From an uncultured bacterium (GTDB lineage: Bacteria; Vulcanimicrobiota; Vulcanimicrobiia; Vulcanimicrobiales; Vulcanimicrobiaceae): a stretch of 64,000 nucleotides of DNA. Positions 1-7,889 of this stretch are shown here, piece after piece. The first letter of the stretch is position 1. The number at the start of each line of letters is the position of its first letter. The notes beneath the pieces are model-generated. The model was not told the origin of the DNA, did not search any database, and worked only from the letters and a program-made list of their open reading frames with translations. The stretch spans positions 70,664-134,663 of the forward strand of contig CAZJLJ010000001.1 in assembly GCA_964546935.1 (NCBI GenBank), written 5' to 3'. The position numbers and the translations under genes were made by a program.

Positions 1-357
1 GCAAAATTCAATCTCGACAATCTCACCTGTATCATCGATCGCAACTTCATTCAAATCGACGGCAGCACCGAAGACGTTATGCCGCTCGAACCGCTTGCGG
101 ATAAGTATCGCGCGTTCAATTGGGAAGTGCTCGAGTGCAACGGCAACGATCTTGCCGAATTCATTGCGACCGCCGAAAAGGCAAAGACAGTCAAAGGGCG
201 TCCGCAAGTGATCGTTGCGAACACCGTTCCGGGCAAAGGCGTAAGCTACATGGAAGGCGACTACACGTGGCACGGGAAGCCGCCGAACAAAGACCAAGCC
301 GATGAAGCGCTGCGCGAACTAAAAGCCAACCGGGAAAGGATCCTAGCCAATGCCTAG
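1..357 (+). CDS. transketolase, N-terminal (TPP-binding) subunit; the 5' end lies outside the window
   Basis: Frame 1 is open from nt 1. The translation AKFNLDNLTCIIDRNFIQIDGSTEDVMPLEPLADKYRAFNWEV...WHGKPP matches the C-terminal part of split-type transketolase subunit A. It overlaps the next ORF by 8 nt. Confidence 0.85.
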   Translation, partial: AKFNLDNLTCIIDRNFIQIDGSTEDVMPLEPLADKYRAFNWEVLECNGNDLAEFIATAEKAKTVKGRPQVIVANTVPGKGVSYMEGDYTWHGKPPNKDQADEALRELKANRERILANA

Positions 358-1360
358 CACGGACGTATTGGACAAAGCCGCGCAGGCAATGCACCTCGTC
401 GACTATCGCGATGCCGCTATCAAACAAGTTCCAACGCGTAACGGTTTCGGCGAAGGATTGATCGAGGCAGGCAATCGTAACTCGAACGTGCTCGCGATTT
501 GTGCCGACCTCGCAGAATCGACGCGCATGGAAGGCTTCAAGAAAGCCCATCCATCGCAGTATTTGGAGATCGGCGTCGCGGAGCAAATGCTTGTCGCAAT
601 GGCCGGCGGACTCGCTTCAACCGGTAAAATTCCGTGGATCGCTTCCTACGCAATGTTCAATCCGGGACGTTCGTGGGAGCAAGTGCGCACGATCATGGCG
701 CTCAACGAAACAAACGTGAAGATCGCCGGAGCTCATGCGGGCGTATCCGTTGGTCCCGACGGCGCAACGCACCAAGCAATCGAAGACATCGCCATCATGC
801 GGGTCATCCCGCACATGATGGTCGTGGTCCCGTGCGATTCCGTTCAAACGAAGAAAGCAACGCTCGCGCTAAGCGAAAAATTCGGGCCAACGTACCTTCG
901 CTTTGCGCGTGAAAAATCGCCGGTCGTTACATCGGAAGATACGCCGTTTGAGATCGGCAAGGCCCAAACGTTCCGCGAAGGCAAAGACGTCGCGATCGTC
1001 GCTTGCGGGATCCTCGTGTACAACGCGCTGATTGCTGCGGAGGAGCTGGCACGCGAAGACGGCATCGAATGCCGCGTCGTAAACAACCACACCATAAAGC
1101 CGATGGATGAAGCCGCAGTTATCGCCGCAGCAAAAGAGTGCGAAACCGTAGTGACGGTTGAAGAACACCAAGTCCAGGGCGGCATGGGCTCGCGCGTAGC
1201 GGAAATCCTTACGCAGAACTATCCGGTGCCGATGGAGTTCATCGGCGTTCACGATCAATTCGGACAATCGGGCGACCCGGTTGAATTGATCGAGCATTAC
1301 GGCATGGGCACGAAGGCGATCAAAGAAGCCGCGCGTCGCGCATACAAGCGTAAGAAGTAG
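350..1360 (+). CDS. transketolase, C-terminal (pyrimidine-binding) subunit
   Basis: 336-aa ORF carrying GVAEQMLVAMAGGLA and GPDGATHQAIEDIAIMR, typical of the transketolase B half. It is translationally coupled to the upstream half. Confidence 0.9.
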   Translation: MPSTDVLDKAAQAMHLVDYRDAAIKQVPTRNGFGEGLIEAGNRNSNVLAICADLAESTRMEGFKKAHPSQYLEIGVAEQMLVAMAGGLASTGKIPWIASYAMFNPGRSWEQVRTIMALNETNVKIAGAHAGVSVGPDGATHQAIEDIAIMRVIPHMMVVVPCDSVQTKKATLALSEKFGPTYLRFAREKSPVVTSEDTPFEIGKAQTFREGKDVAIVACGILVYNALIAAEELAREDGIECRVVNNHTIKPMDEAAVIAAAKECETVVTVEEHQVQGGMGSRVAEILTQNYPVPMEFIGVHDQFGQSGDPVELIEHYGMGTKAIKEAARRAYKRKK

Positions 1361-1374
1361 CGAAAGCTAAAGGA

Positions 1375-1419
1375 AAAAGAAAGAGCCGGTTCGTTTGAAC
1401 CGGCTCTTTGTATTTTTTC
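1375..1419. terminator. bidirectional intrinsic terminator between convergent tkt and rpsO
   Basis: AGAGCCGGTTC-GTTT-GAACCGGCTCT (1382..1407) forms a perfect 11-bp stem. An A-rich run lies 5' and TTTGTATTTTTT lies 3', so there is a U-tract on both strands. Confidence 0.7.
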
Positions 1420-1428
1420 TCGAGCGTC

Positions 1429-1698
1429 TTAGCGGCGCAGTCCGAGATCCGAGATCAACGAGCGATAGCGTTCGAGATCTTTCTGCTGCAGGTAGCTGAG
1501 CAGACGTCGGCGCTGACCGACCTGCAGAAGCAGGCCACGGCGGCTGTGATGGTCCTTCTTGTGAACCTTCAGGTGCTCGGTAAGTTGATTGATCGACGCC
1601 GTAAGAATCGCGATTTGAACTTCGGCGGAGCCGGTGTCGTTGGACCCGCGGCCGTACTTGGCGGCGATTTCCGCCTTCTGTTCCTTGGTAAGAGGCAC
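1429..1698 (-). CDS. rpsO: 30S ribosomal protein S15
   Basis: 89-aa product (V)[16 protein letters not shown]...[32 protein letters not shown] start at 1698 with AAGGAG 8 nt upstream. The track ORF 1429..1758 over-extends the 5' end. Confidence 0.93.
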   Translation of the reverse strand: MPLTKEQKAEIAAKYGRGSNDTGSAEVQIAILTASINQLTEHLKVHKKDHHSRRGLLLQVGQRRRLLSYLQQKDLERYRSLISDLGLRR

Positions 1699-1773
1699 GA
1701 ATAGAACTCCTTGTGCAGGATAGACTCGGCCGGATGCAGGGCACGCCCCGTGCTCCACTCCGGCGACCGGCGT

Positions 1774-1802
1774 ATCTTATCAAAGTGTCTGCCGTGACGC
1801 AA
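1774..1802 (-). promoter_or_regulatory. candidate sigma70-type promoter for rpsO
   Basis: Minus strand reads TTGCGT (1802..1797), a 17-nt spacer, then TAAGAT (1779..1774). This would give a leader of about 70-75 nt containing GC-rich hairpins. Confidence 0.3.
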
Positions 1803-1898
1803 CCCGGCCATAAGGATTAGCTACAAAAGTAGCGTCACGAGGGCCGGGGCAAGAAAGTTACACGCCTAGGCCGCGTTAGGTTAAGAAAGGGGTTGCTT

Positions 1899-2276
1899 AT
1901 GGCAGTCTGGTTTATTCGCGTTGCTGTAGCCTATGTCGTCATCGGCGTGATTTTCGGATTCGTTATCGGAATCCAGGAGAAGTTTGCCTTTGCGAACGTC
2001 CACGCACACTTGAACTTAGTTGGATGGGCGACACTGGCGCTTGCAGGCGTGATTTACTTCTTGTTTCCGGCGGCCGGAAACAACCGGCTCGCTGTTGTGC
2101 ACTTCTGGCTGCAAAACATCGGGTTGCCGGTCTTTACGATCGGATTGTTCCTTATCGATGCGGGGAACGTTCAGGCCGGCGTGCCGCCGACGGCGATTGG
2201 TTCCCTCATCGTCATCGCGGCGATCTTGGTTTTCGCGATCAACGTCTGGACGAACGTGAAAACGGTTCGCGCTTAA
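1899..2276 (+). CDS. small integral membrane protein (4 predicted TM helices), function unknown
   Basis: ATG at 1899 preceded by AAAGGGG. The product is hydrophobic (MAVWFIRVAVAYVVIGVIFGF...HAHLNLVGWATLALAG...). The stop overlaps the convergent thioesterase stop. Confidence 0.6.
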   Translation: MAVWFIRVAVAYVVIGVIFGFVIGIQEKFAFANVHAHLNLVGWATLALAGVIYFLFPAAGNNRLAVVHFWLQNIGLPVFTIGLFLIDAGNVQAGVPPTAIGSLIVIAAILVFAINVWTNVKTVRA

Positions 2277-2656
2277 CTTTCGTCTCGAACCGGCGTCGGC
2301 TTCCCGTCGGGGCCGATCGCGACAAACACGAAACGTCCAACCGTCGATAGACGCCGTTCGCCGCTTAGCGGATGTTCTGCCCATAGCTCGACTTCGACTG
2401 TAATTGAAGTGCGGCCGATTTTGTCGACGCGTGCGATTGTCTCGACGAACTCGCCGGCGCGAATTGGTTCTTTGAAATCGATTCGATCGACCGATGCCGT
2501 AACGACGGTTTTGCGGCACGAGCGCATTGCGGCAATCGACGCAACCACGTCCATCATCGCGAGCGCTTTTCCGCCGAAGAGCGTTCCGTAATGATTCGTT
2601 TCGTGCGGAAAGACGATTTCGGTGCGTCGTTCGACGATGGGTTCGATTTCGGTCAT
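2273..2656 (-). CDS. acyl-CoA thioesterase (hotdog fold)
   Basis: 127 aa. ETNHYGTLFGGKALAMMD and SVDRIDFKEPIRAGE are typical of YciA/BFIT-type thioesterases. Confidence 0.8.
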   Translation of the reverse strand: MTEIEPIVERRTEIVFPHETNHYGTLFGGKALAMMDVVASIAAMRSCRKTVVTASVDRIDFKEPIRAGEFVETIARVDKIGRTSITVEVELWAEHPLSGERRLSTVGRFVFVAIGPDGKPTPVRDES

Positions 2657-2663
2657 AGCGGCG

Positions 2664-3083
2664 TCACTGATTCGCGAGGACTATCCAAAACGCTCCTACG
2701 ACAGCCACGGCGTCTTCCAGTAGCGCAGCGGCCATCGGCGGAAGTCGCAGCGAAGGCGCCGTCTTCAACCGCCAAAAGTAGCCGGCGTATGCCCCCGCCA
2801 GCGCGCCTACGATGCCCAACACAATTGCAAGTGCACCGGGCGTCCCAAGCCTGCTTGAAGTCGCCCATGCGCAGTAGCCGCCGAAGATACATCGCATAAC
2901 CAACGGTCCCGGCGTCGTACGCGCGGGGACCGGGAATTTGTCGGCAATGAGTTCGCCGAGTGCTAGGACGATCGCCACAATGGAAGTCCAATTGTGGTAC
3001 GGATAACGTACTGCCGCAAACGGCGTAAACGTACGCAGCCCGGCAATGAAGCCGAGTGCGAGCGCAATCAGAATCGCAGCCAT
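2664..3083 (-). CDS. DUF4126-like membrane protein
   Basis: 139-aa hydrophobic ORF (GFIAGLRTFTPFAAV...LGELIADKFP), a pattern I associate with DUF4126. It lies in the same operon as RidA and ArsR. Confidence 0.55.
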   Translation of the reverse strand: MAAILIALALGFIAGLRTFTPFAAVRYPYHNWTSIVAIVLALGELIADKFPVPARTTPGPLVMRCIFGGYCAWATSSRLGTPGALAIVLGIVGALAGAYAGYFWRLKTAPSLRLPPMAAALLEDAVAVVGAFWIVLANQ

Positions 3084-3100
3084 CCCTGCGACTTCTGTTA

Positions 3101-3508
3101 TTATCCGGAAATCTCTGCGATAAGCTCCACTTCAACGCTCGAATTTGCCGGCAACGATGCTACGCCGACGGCCGAACGCGCGTGACGGCCGCGCTCGCCA
3201 AGCACCTCGATGAAACGGTCCGACGCGCCGTTGATGACGGCCGGCATTTCGGTGAATTCGGGCGAAACGTTAACGAATCCAAGCAGCTTTACGATACGAA
3301 CTAAGCGATCCAGCGAGCCGATTTCCCGTTCGATGGTCGCTAGCATCTCATCGGCAACCTGACGCGCACCTTCGTATCCGCGTTCCACCGTTTGCTCGGC
3401 TCCGATTTTTCCCGTTACGGGATTCGTTCCGCGCCCGGAAATGTGTCCTGAGACATAAAGTAGATTTCCCGTGCGTGCGACGGGCAAAAAATTCCCAACT
3501 GTTTGCAT
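3101..3508 (-). CDS. RidA/YjgF-family reactive-intermediate deaminase
   Basis: 135 aa. GNLLYVSGHISG...ARSAVGVASLPANSSVEVELIAE is the classic RidA/YjgF signature. Confidence 0.85.
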   Translation of the reverse strand: MQTVGNFLPVARTGNLLYVSGHISGRGTNPVTGKIGAEQTVERGYEGARQVADEMLATIEREIGSLDRLVRIVKLLGFVNVSPEFTEMPAVINGASDRFIEVLGERGRHARSAVGVASLPANSSVEVELIAEISG

Positions 3509-3511
3509 CTT

Positions 3512-3811
3512 TTAAAGATTCCGTAACTCCGCTTTGACGGCTTTGATTTGTGCCTCGTCTCGCTTGTAAAACGTCCACTGCTTGATTCGCTTCGCTTTTA
3601 GAAGACCGGCTTGTGCTAAAACGCGCAGATGCTCGCTTGCGGTGGGCTGGCTGATACCAAGTTTCTCGGCGATAAACAACCCGCAGACGCCATCTTTTAC
3701 GAGATCGCCGTCGACCTGCGGCGGAAAGTGTGCTTCGGGATCTTTCAGCCACTCCATGATGAGAAGGCGCTTGTCGTTTGCGAGCGCCCGGAGCGCACTT
3801 TCATTAGGCAT
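3512..3811 (-). CDS. ArsR/SmtB-family transcriptional regulator
   Basis: 99 aa. The LANDKRLLIMEWL...LGISQPTASEHLRVLAQAGLL winged-HTH signature is present. Confidence 0.85.
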   Translation of the reverse strand: MPNESALRALANDKRLLIMEWLKDPEAHFPPQVDGDLVKDGVCGLFIAEKLGISQPTASEHLRVLAQAGLLKAKRIKQWTFYKRDEAQIKAVKAELRNL

Positions 3812-3847
3812 ATTGCCAATTTGCTAAATTTCGAATTAAATGTCAAT
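3812..3847. promoter_or_regulatory. 36-bp AT-rich divergent control region with an imperfect inverted repeat (candidate ArsR operator)
   Basis: This is the whole intergenic space between two divergent ATGs. ATTGCCAATTT (3812..3822) faces AAATGTCAAT (3838..3847), with a central TTCGAA. Neither gene has a Shine-Dalgarno sequence. Confidence 0.35.
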
Positions 3848-4765
3848 ATGCAGGCCCAGTACGAAACCGCCACACCTCACGCGATCGAGCAGGTCGAACG
3901 CTTGATCCGCCCATACATCCGGCGAACGCCGGTTGTAGAGATCGAGGGCGTAGCCGTGAAAGTCGAGTCGATGCAGGTGAGCGGCTCGTTTAAGGCGCGC
4001 GGTGCCTTCGCGAATCTACTCAATCGCAAAGCCGGCGACGCGGGCGTGGTTGCCGCATCCGGCGGAAACCACGGCGCGGCCGTCGCTTACGCTGCGGCCA
4101 CGCTGCACGTGCCGTGCAAAATCTACGTTCCAAGCGTTTCGTCGCCCGCGAAAATCGAGCGCATCCGCGCATACGGCGCCGAACTGGTCATTGTGCCCGG
4201 CACGTATAGCGACGCGCTGGAGGCGAGCCTTTCGGACGCACAACACGATGGCGCTATTCACGTGCATGCCTTCGACGGCATCGAAACCGTGCTCGGCCAA
4301 GGGACCATTGCAAAAGAGATTTCCGAACAAGCACCGCAGCTCGACACCGTTCTGGTCGCCGTCGGCGGCGGTGGTTTGATCGCGGGTGTCGCTTCGTGGT
4401 ACACCGGCAATACGCGTATCGTCGCCGTTGAACCGGAGGGCGCGCCTACATTTACCTATGCGCGAGCTGCAGGACGTCCGGTTGACGCTCCAACAGGAAG
4501 CGTTGCAAACGATTCGCTTGCACCGCGCCGTATTGGCGAACTCGTCTATCCGATTCTCGAGAAGGGAGTCGAAAGGACCGTGCTTGTTTCCGACGATGAT
4601 ATTCAGGCTTCCCGAGCCGCGCTCTGGGAGAAAGCGCGAATAGTTGCCGAACCAGGCGGCGCGGCTGCATATGCAGCGCTTCTTTCGGGCAAGTATCAAC
4701 CGCGCTCCGGCGAACGCGTCGGAGTTATTGTGAGCGGCGGGAATGCAGTGATTTCGTGGACTTAG
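3848..4765 (+). CDS. PLP-dependent threonine/serine dehydratase (no ACT regulatory domain)
   Basis: 305 aa from the ATG at 3848. It has the SGSFKARG PLP-lysine motif, ASGGNHG and the VAVGGGGLIAG glycine loop. The track ORF from 3629 is an upstream over-extension into the ArsR gene. Confidence 0.85.
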   Translation: MQAQYETATPHAIEQVERLIRPYIRRTPVVEIEGVAVKVESMQVSGSFKARGAFANLLNRKAGDAGVVAASGGNHGAAVAYAAATLHVPCKIYVPSVSSPAKIERIRAYGAELVIVPGTYSDALEASLSDAQHDGAIHVHAFDGIETVLGQGTIAKEISEQAPQLDTVLVAVGGGGLIAGVASWYTGNTRIVAVEPEGAPTFTYARAAGRPVDAPTGSVANDSLAPRRIGELVYPILEKGVERTVLVSDDDIQASRAALWEKARIVAEPGGAAAYAALLSGKYQPRSGERVGVIVSGGNAVISWT

Positions 4766-5523
4766 GAATTCGTGGAAGAGTCGCGCTTGTTACGGGCGCC
4801 AGCTCCGGGATTGGTAAGGCCGTTGCGCTTGCCCTTGCAGAGGAGGGCGCAAAGATCGCGGTCGCGGCACGCCGGCTTGAATTGTGTGAAGCGGTTGCAT
4901 CGGAAGCGCGAACGCGGGGTGCGAGCGATGCACGTGCGTACGAACTGAATCTAAACGACGACGCGTCGATCGGTGAAACGATCCGGCGGGTCCAGAATGA
5001 ATTGGGCGCAATTGATATTCTCGTTGCGAACTCCGGTGGACCGAAACCCGGTTCTTACACGCAAGTCGTCATCGAAGATTGGGATATTGCGTACCGTTCG
5101 CTTTTGCGTTGCATGGTGGAAATGGTGAGCGCCGTCCTTCCGTCGATGCGCAATAAAAAGTGGGGACGCATCGTCGCGCTGACGTCCTCATCCGTCAAAC
5201 AACCCATTCCGAATTTGGTGCTCTCCAACGCGTTTAGGACCGCGCTCGTTTCCGCTCTGAAAACTCTGTCGATGGAAGCCGGGGCCGACGGCGTCACCGT
5301 CAACGCAATTGCCACAGGCCGAATCTTAACGGACCGGCTGCGCGAGCTCTATCCCGATGAAGCAGAAATGCAAAGAAGCGCCGAGAGCAATATTTCGTTG
5401 CGCCGCGTTGCCACGCCGGAAGAGTTCGCGCCGATGGTGGCGTTTTTGTGCAGCGAACAGGCTCGGTACGTGACGGGACAGACGATAGCCGTCGACGGCG
5501 GCTTGATCAAGTCGCTGTTTTGA
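4756..5523 (+). CDS. SDR-family oxidoreductase (FabG-like)
   Basis: 255 aa with the VTGASSGIGKAVA Rossmann motif and NSGG. The GTG start overlaps the dehydratase stop by 10 nt. Confidence 0.85.
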   Translation: MDLGIRGRVALVTGASSGIGKAVALALAEEGAKIAVAARRLELCEAVASEARTRGASDARAYELNLNDDASIGETIRRVQNELGAIDILVANSGGPKPGSYTQVVIEDWDIAYRSLLRCMVEMVSAVLPSMRNKKWGRIVALTSSSVKQPIPNLVLSNAFRTALVSALKTLSMEAGADGVTVNAIATGRILTDRLRELYPDEAEMQRSAESNISLRRVATPEEFAPMVAFLCSEQARYVTGQTIAVDGGLIKSLF

Positions 5524-5770
5524 GCCGCGCGGCCAAGTCGTCCAGCGCCGGGTCGAAATCGCCTTTTGTCTTGAGGGTTTGGAGCGCGGATGCGATACGC
5601 TCGGCAAGCTCGTTCGGAATCTCGAGTACGACTTTTCCGGCTGTCTGGGCATCGAGTTGTTCGATCGCGCGCTTCGCCATATTGGCTTGGCCGAAAGAAT
5701 AGGCGTGATGCGAAGCGTTTCCGAGAAGGTCGAGTTCCGACTGTAACCATGATCGATACGCATTAAGCAT
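5507..5770 (-). CDS. hypothetical small helical protein (start uncertain; an alternative Met gives 57 aa)
   Basis: 87-aa ORF filling the 245-nt gap between the SDR and the Rieske gene. Codon usage looks plausible but I recognised no motif. Confidence 0.35.
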   Translation of the reverse strand: MLNAYRSWLQSELDLLGNASHHAYSFGQANMAKRAIEQLDAQTAGKVVLEIPNELAERIASALQTLKTKGDFDPALDDLAARLKTAT

Positions 5771-6092
5771 GTCCGAGTTCGTTCGCGTTGCGCACGCTGC
5801 AGCCGTGCAGCCGGGAAAAAGTTACCCCGTGGTCGTTGGGCGCTACGAAGTGGCGCTGTTCAACGTCGACGGTACCATCTACGCGCTGGAGAACGTGTGT
5901 CCGCATCAGGGCGGTCCGTTGGCGGACGGATTCCTCGAGGGCGAGTTTGTCACGTGTCCGTGGCACGCATGGTGCTTCGATGTCCGCACCGGCAAGATGA
6001 CGCTCGGTGATTTTGCCGTTGTGCCGCGTTTTGAAGTGCGCGTGGAGAACGGAAGCATTTTCGTCGCGACGCAACCAGCGGAGGAGCTATGA
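5769..6092 (+). CDS. Rieske [2Fe-2S] ferredoxin, NirD-like
   Basis: 107 aa with the CPH (..NVCPHQGGPL) and CPWH (..VTCPWHAWCF) cluster-binding boxes and the length typical of NirD-like proteins. Confidence 0.8.
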   Translation: MSEFVRVAHAAAVQPGKSYPVVVGRYEVALFNVDGTIYALENVCPHQGGPLADGFLEGEFVTCPWHAWCFDVRTGKMTLGDFAVVPRFEVRVENGSIFVATQPAEEL

Positions 6093-6592
6093 ACGACCAA
6101 CCGGCTTGGGACGGGCGCTTAGGAACCGCCGGCGGGAACGCATTCGGAGCAGCACTTTCGGCGTTCGCCGCCGAGCGCGAAGTGAGCCACGGCCGTTTGG
6201 CGGAGGCGACGGGTCTGCCGCTGGAAACGATTGCCGCTATTCTGGCAGGCACGCAACGTGTCGGCATCTCGGCGCTAGCAAGGCTTGCCCAAGCGTTGCG
6301 TGCGCGTCCCATCGAGTTTCTTCAGAAAACGTCGATCCTTTCGCTCGATGCGTACGCGTTCGGCTTAGACCCGCTCTATTTTCTGCCCGAAGGTCCGGTG
6401 CGCTACGATGCTCGCATTTACATGCGAGAGATCAATCCACGGCACCGCGTTCCGGAGAGCGACATGACCAAGCGCAATCCAGCGCTGAAGGCTCTCGCCG
6501 AAGACGAGCTCCTTGATTCGCTTGGAAAGCTCGAAGTAGAACTTGCTTACTTGCTCCGCACTGCGGTGCAACACACGGGTGGGACACTCTAG
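6089..6592 (+). CDS. XRE-family helix-turn-helix protein with an uncharacterised C-terminal domain
   Basis: 167 aa. SHGRLAEATGLPLETIAAILAGTQRVGISALARLAQAL resembles a Cro/C1 HTH. The start overlaps the Rieske stop in an ATGA. Confidence 0.6.
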   Translation: MNDQPAWDGRLGTAGGNAFGAALSAFAAEREVSHGRLAEATGLPLETIAAILAGTQRVGISALARLAQALRARPIEFLQKTSILSLDAYAFGLDPLYFLPEGPVRYDARIYMREINPRHRVPESDMTKRNPALKALAEDELLDSLGKLEVELAYLLRTAVQHTGGTL

Positions 6593-6617
6593 GTCCAGGA
6601 GCGAATCCGCGGGGACG

Positions 6618-7181
6618 ATGCAAGGACTGGATGGCAAGCGGATCGCCGCGCTGATCGGCGATGGATTTGAAGAAGCGGATTTAATGGAACCGCGTAAGGC
6701 GCTAGAAGATGCCGGAGCAATCGTTACGATTGTCGGCGTGGACGAGCGCTCGCGCCAAAAAATCCAAGGAAAGCGCGGCCTGGAGAACGGCCAAACCGTC
6801 AAAGCCGAAGAGCTTGTCGGTGATGTTACGGCCGAAGACTTCGATGCGGTTCTCATCCCGGGAGGCACCTCCCCGGACCGGATTCGTACCGATAAAGAAG
6901 TGCAACGATTTCTTCGCGAGTTCGATGCCGCCAAAAAGCCGATGTTCTCCATCGGCCACGGCGCTCAAGTGCTGATCTCGTCTCAACTGGTGCGCAGCCG
7001 TCAGATAACGGGCGCGCATTCGATTGCCGACGATATTCGTAACGCCGGCGGGCTTTATCGCGATCAGCCTACCGTGCAAGATTCTAATTGGGTCAGCACG
7101 CGAGGCGGTGAAGATATGCAGCAGTTCAATCGTGCGATGATAGACAAGCTGGCTTCTTCGGGAGCAGCTCAGGCCGTTTAA
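6618..7181 (+). CDS. DJ-1/PfpI-family protein lacking the nucleophile cysteine
   Basis: 187 aa from the ATG at 6618. The layout is PfpI-like (KRIAALIGDGFEE, DAVLIPGG, NWVSTRG), but the elbow reads SIGHG instead of ICHG. Confidence 0.8.
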   Translation: MQGLDGKRIAALIGDGFEEADLMEPRKALEDAGAIVTIVGVDERSRQKIQGKRGLENGQTVKAEELVGDVTAEDFDAVLIPGGTSPDRIRTDKEVQRFLREFDAAKKPMFSIGHGAQVLISSQLVRSRQITGAHSIADDIRNAGGLYRDQPTVQDSNWVSTRGGEDMQQFNRAMIDKLASSGAAQAV

Positions 7182-7197
7182 CCGCGTAACGCAAATC

Positions 7198-7232
7198 CAA
7201 AAGCAGCTCCGCTTTTCGCGGGGCTGTTTTTA
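7198..7232. terminator. intrinsic terminator between convergent genes
   Basis: CAGCTCCGC-TTTTC-GCGGGGCTG (7204..7226) forms a 9-bp stem with one G-U pair, followed by TTTTTA and preceded by AAAA. Confidence 0.55.
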
Positions 7233-7889
7233 TATGGCGTCGTGTCGCGCGAGCGCCTCGCCGTACTGCCGGAGCGCCACGAAAGCCACGAGCGCGCAAA
7301 ACGCCACCTCGCTTGCAACGCCCAGTGCGTCGCCGGAGTGCGTAAGCGCCGCATCGGAATAGACGGCAAGCACGTAGCCGATAAACGCGGTAGCGCAGGC
7401 AAGGGCAACATACAACGACCGGGCAGCTCCGGTGCGAATCGTGGCGTTGAGCGCAACGAGCGTGCTCGCCGATACGCAGAAGAGAACGAGAACGAAAAAG
7501 GCGGGCGGAGCCGCGAAGCCGCTCAAGAACTGCGCGAACCAATACACAAACGCGGCAAGGAACGAAACTACGACGGGCACTACGGCTTTGGCACGCGCGA
7601 GTTCGCGTCCGAAAAGCGGCGCGCTTTGTTCGGTGAGATCCAGCATCGCATGCCGTCCCGGTCCTTGCATCAGCGCGACGGCGATTCCGATGGCGCTGCA
7701 GAAAAACATCGGTCCCGCAAGCCAAACGCTACGCGTGGCCAGATCGGCTCCAAGCGGATCGGTCATCGTCATGATTCCATGCGGCTGAATGAACGCGACC
7801 AGCGCGGCCGTTGCGCATGCGATGATTAGCGTCCTCCGCTCGGCACGCAACCTTCCGCTTACGATTGCACGAAGCGCACGTACGGTCAC
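7230..7889 (-). CDS. six-TM membrane protein, ABC-2-permease-like, function unknown
   Basis: 219 aa with six hydrophobic segments. The GTG start overlaps the upstream stop (GTGA at 7886..7889). Confidence 0.6.
   Translation of the reverse strand: MTVRALRAIVSGRLRAERRTLIIACATAALVAFIQPHGIMTMTDPLGADLATRSVWLAGPMFFCSAIGIAVALMQGPGRHAMLDLTEQSAPLFGRELARAKAVVPVVVSFLAAFVYWFAQFLSGFAAPPAFFVLVLFCVSASTLVALNATIRTGAARSLYVALACATAFIGYVLAVYSDAALTHSGDALGVASEVAFCALVAFVALRQYGEALARHDAI

Noticed and set aside
1793-1839. The 8-bp inverted repeat CGTGACGC ... GCGTCACG in the rpsO/membrane-protein divergent region, which contains GTCACG
   Set aside because: Neither orientation has a CGTC-like element at N16 (AGTT and GATA instead). 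It may be an operator or a hairpin, but I cannot support a specific call.
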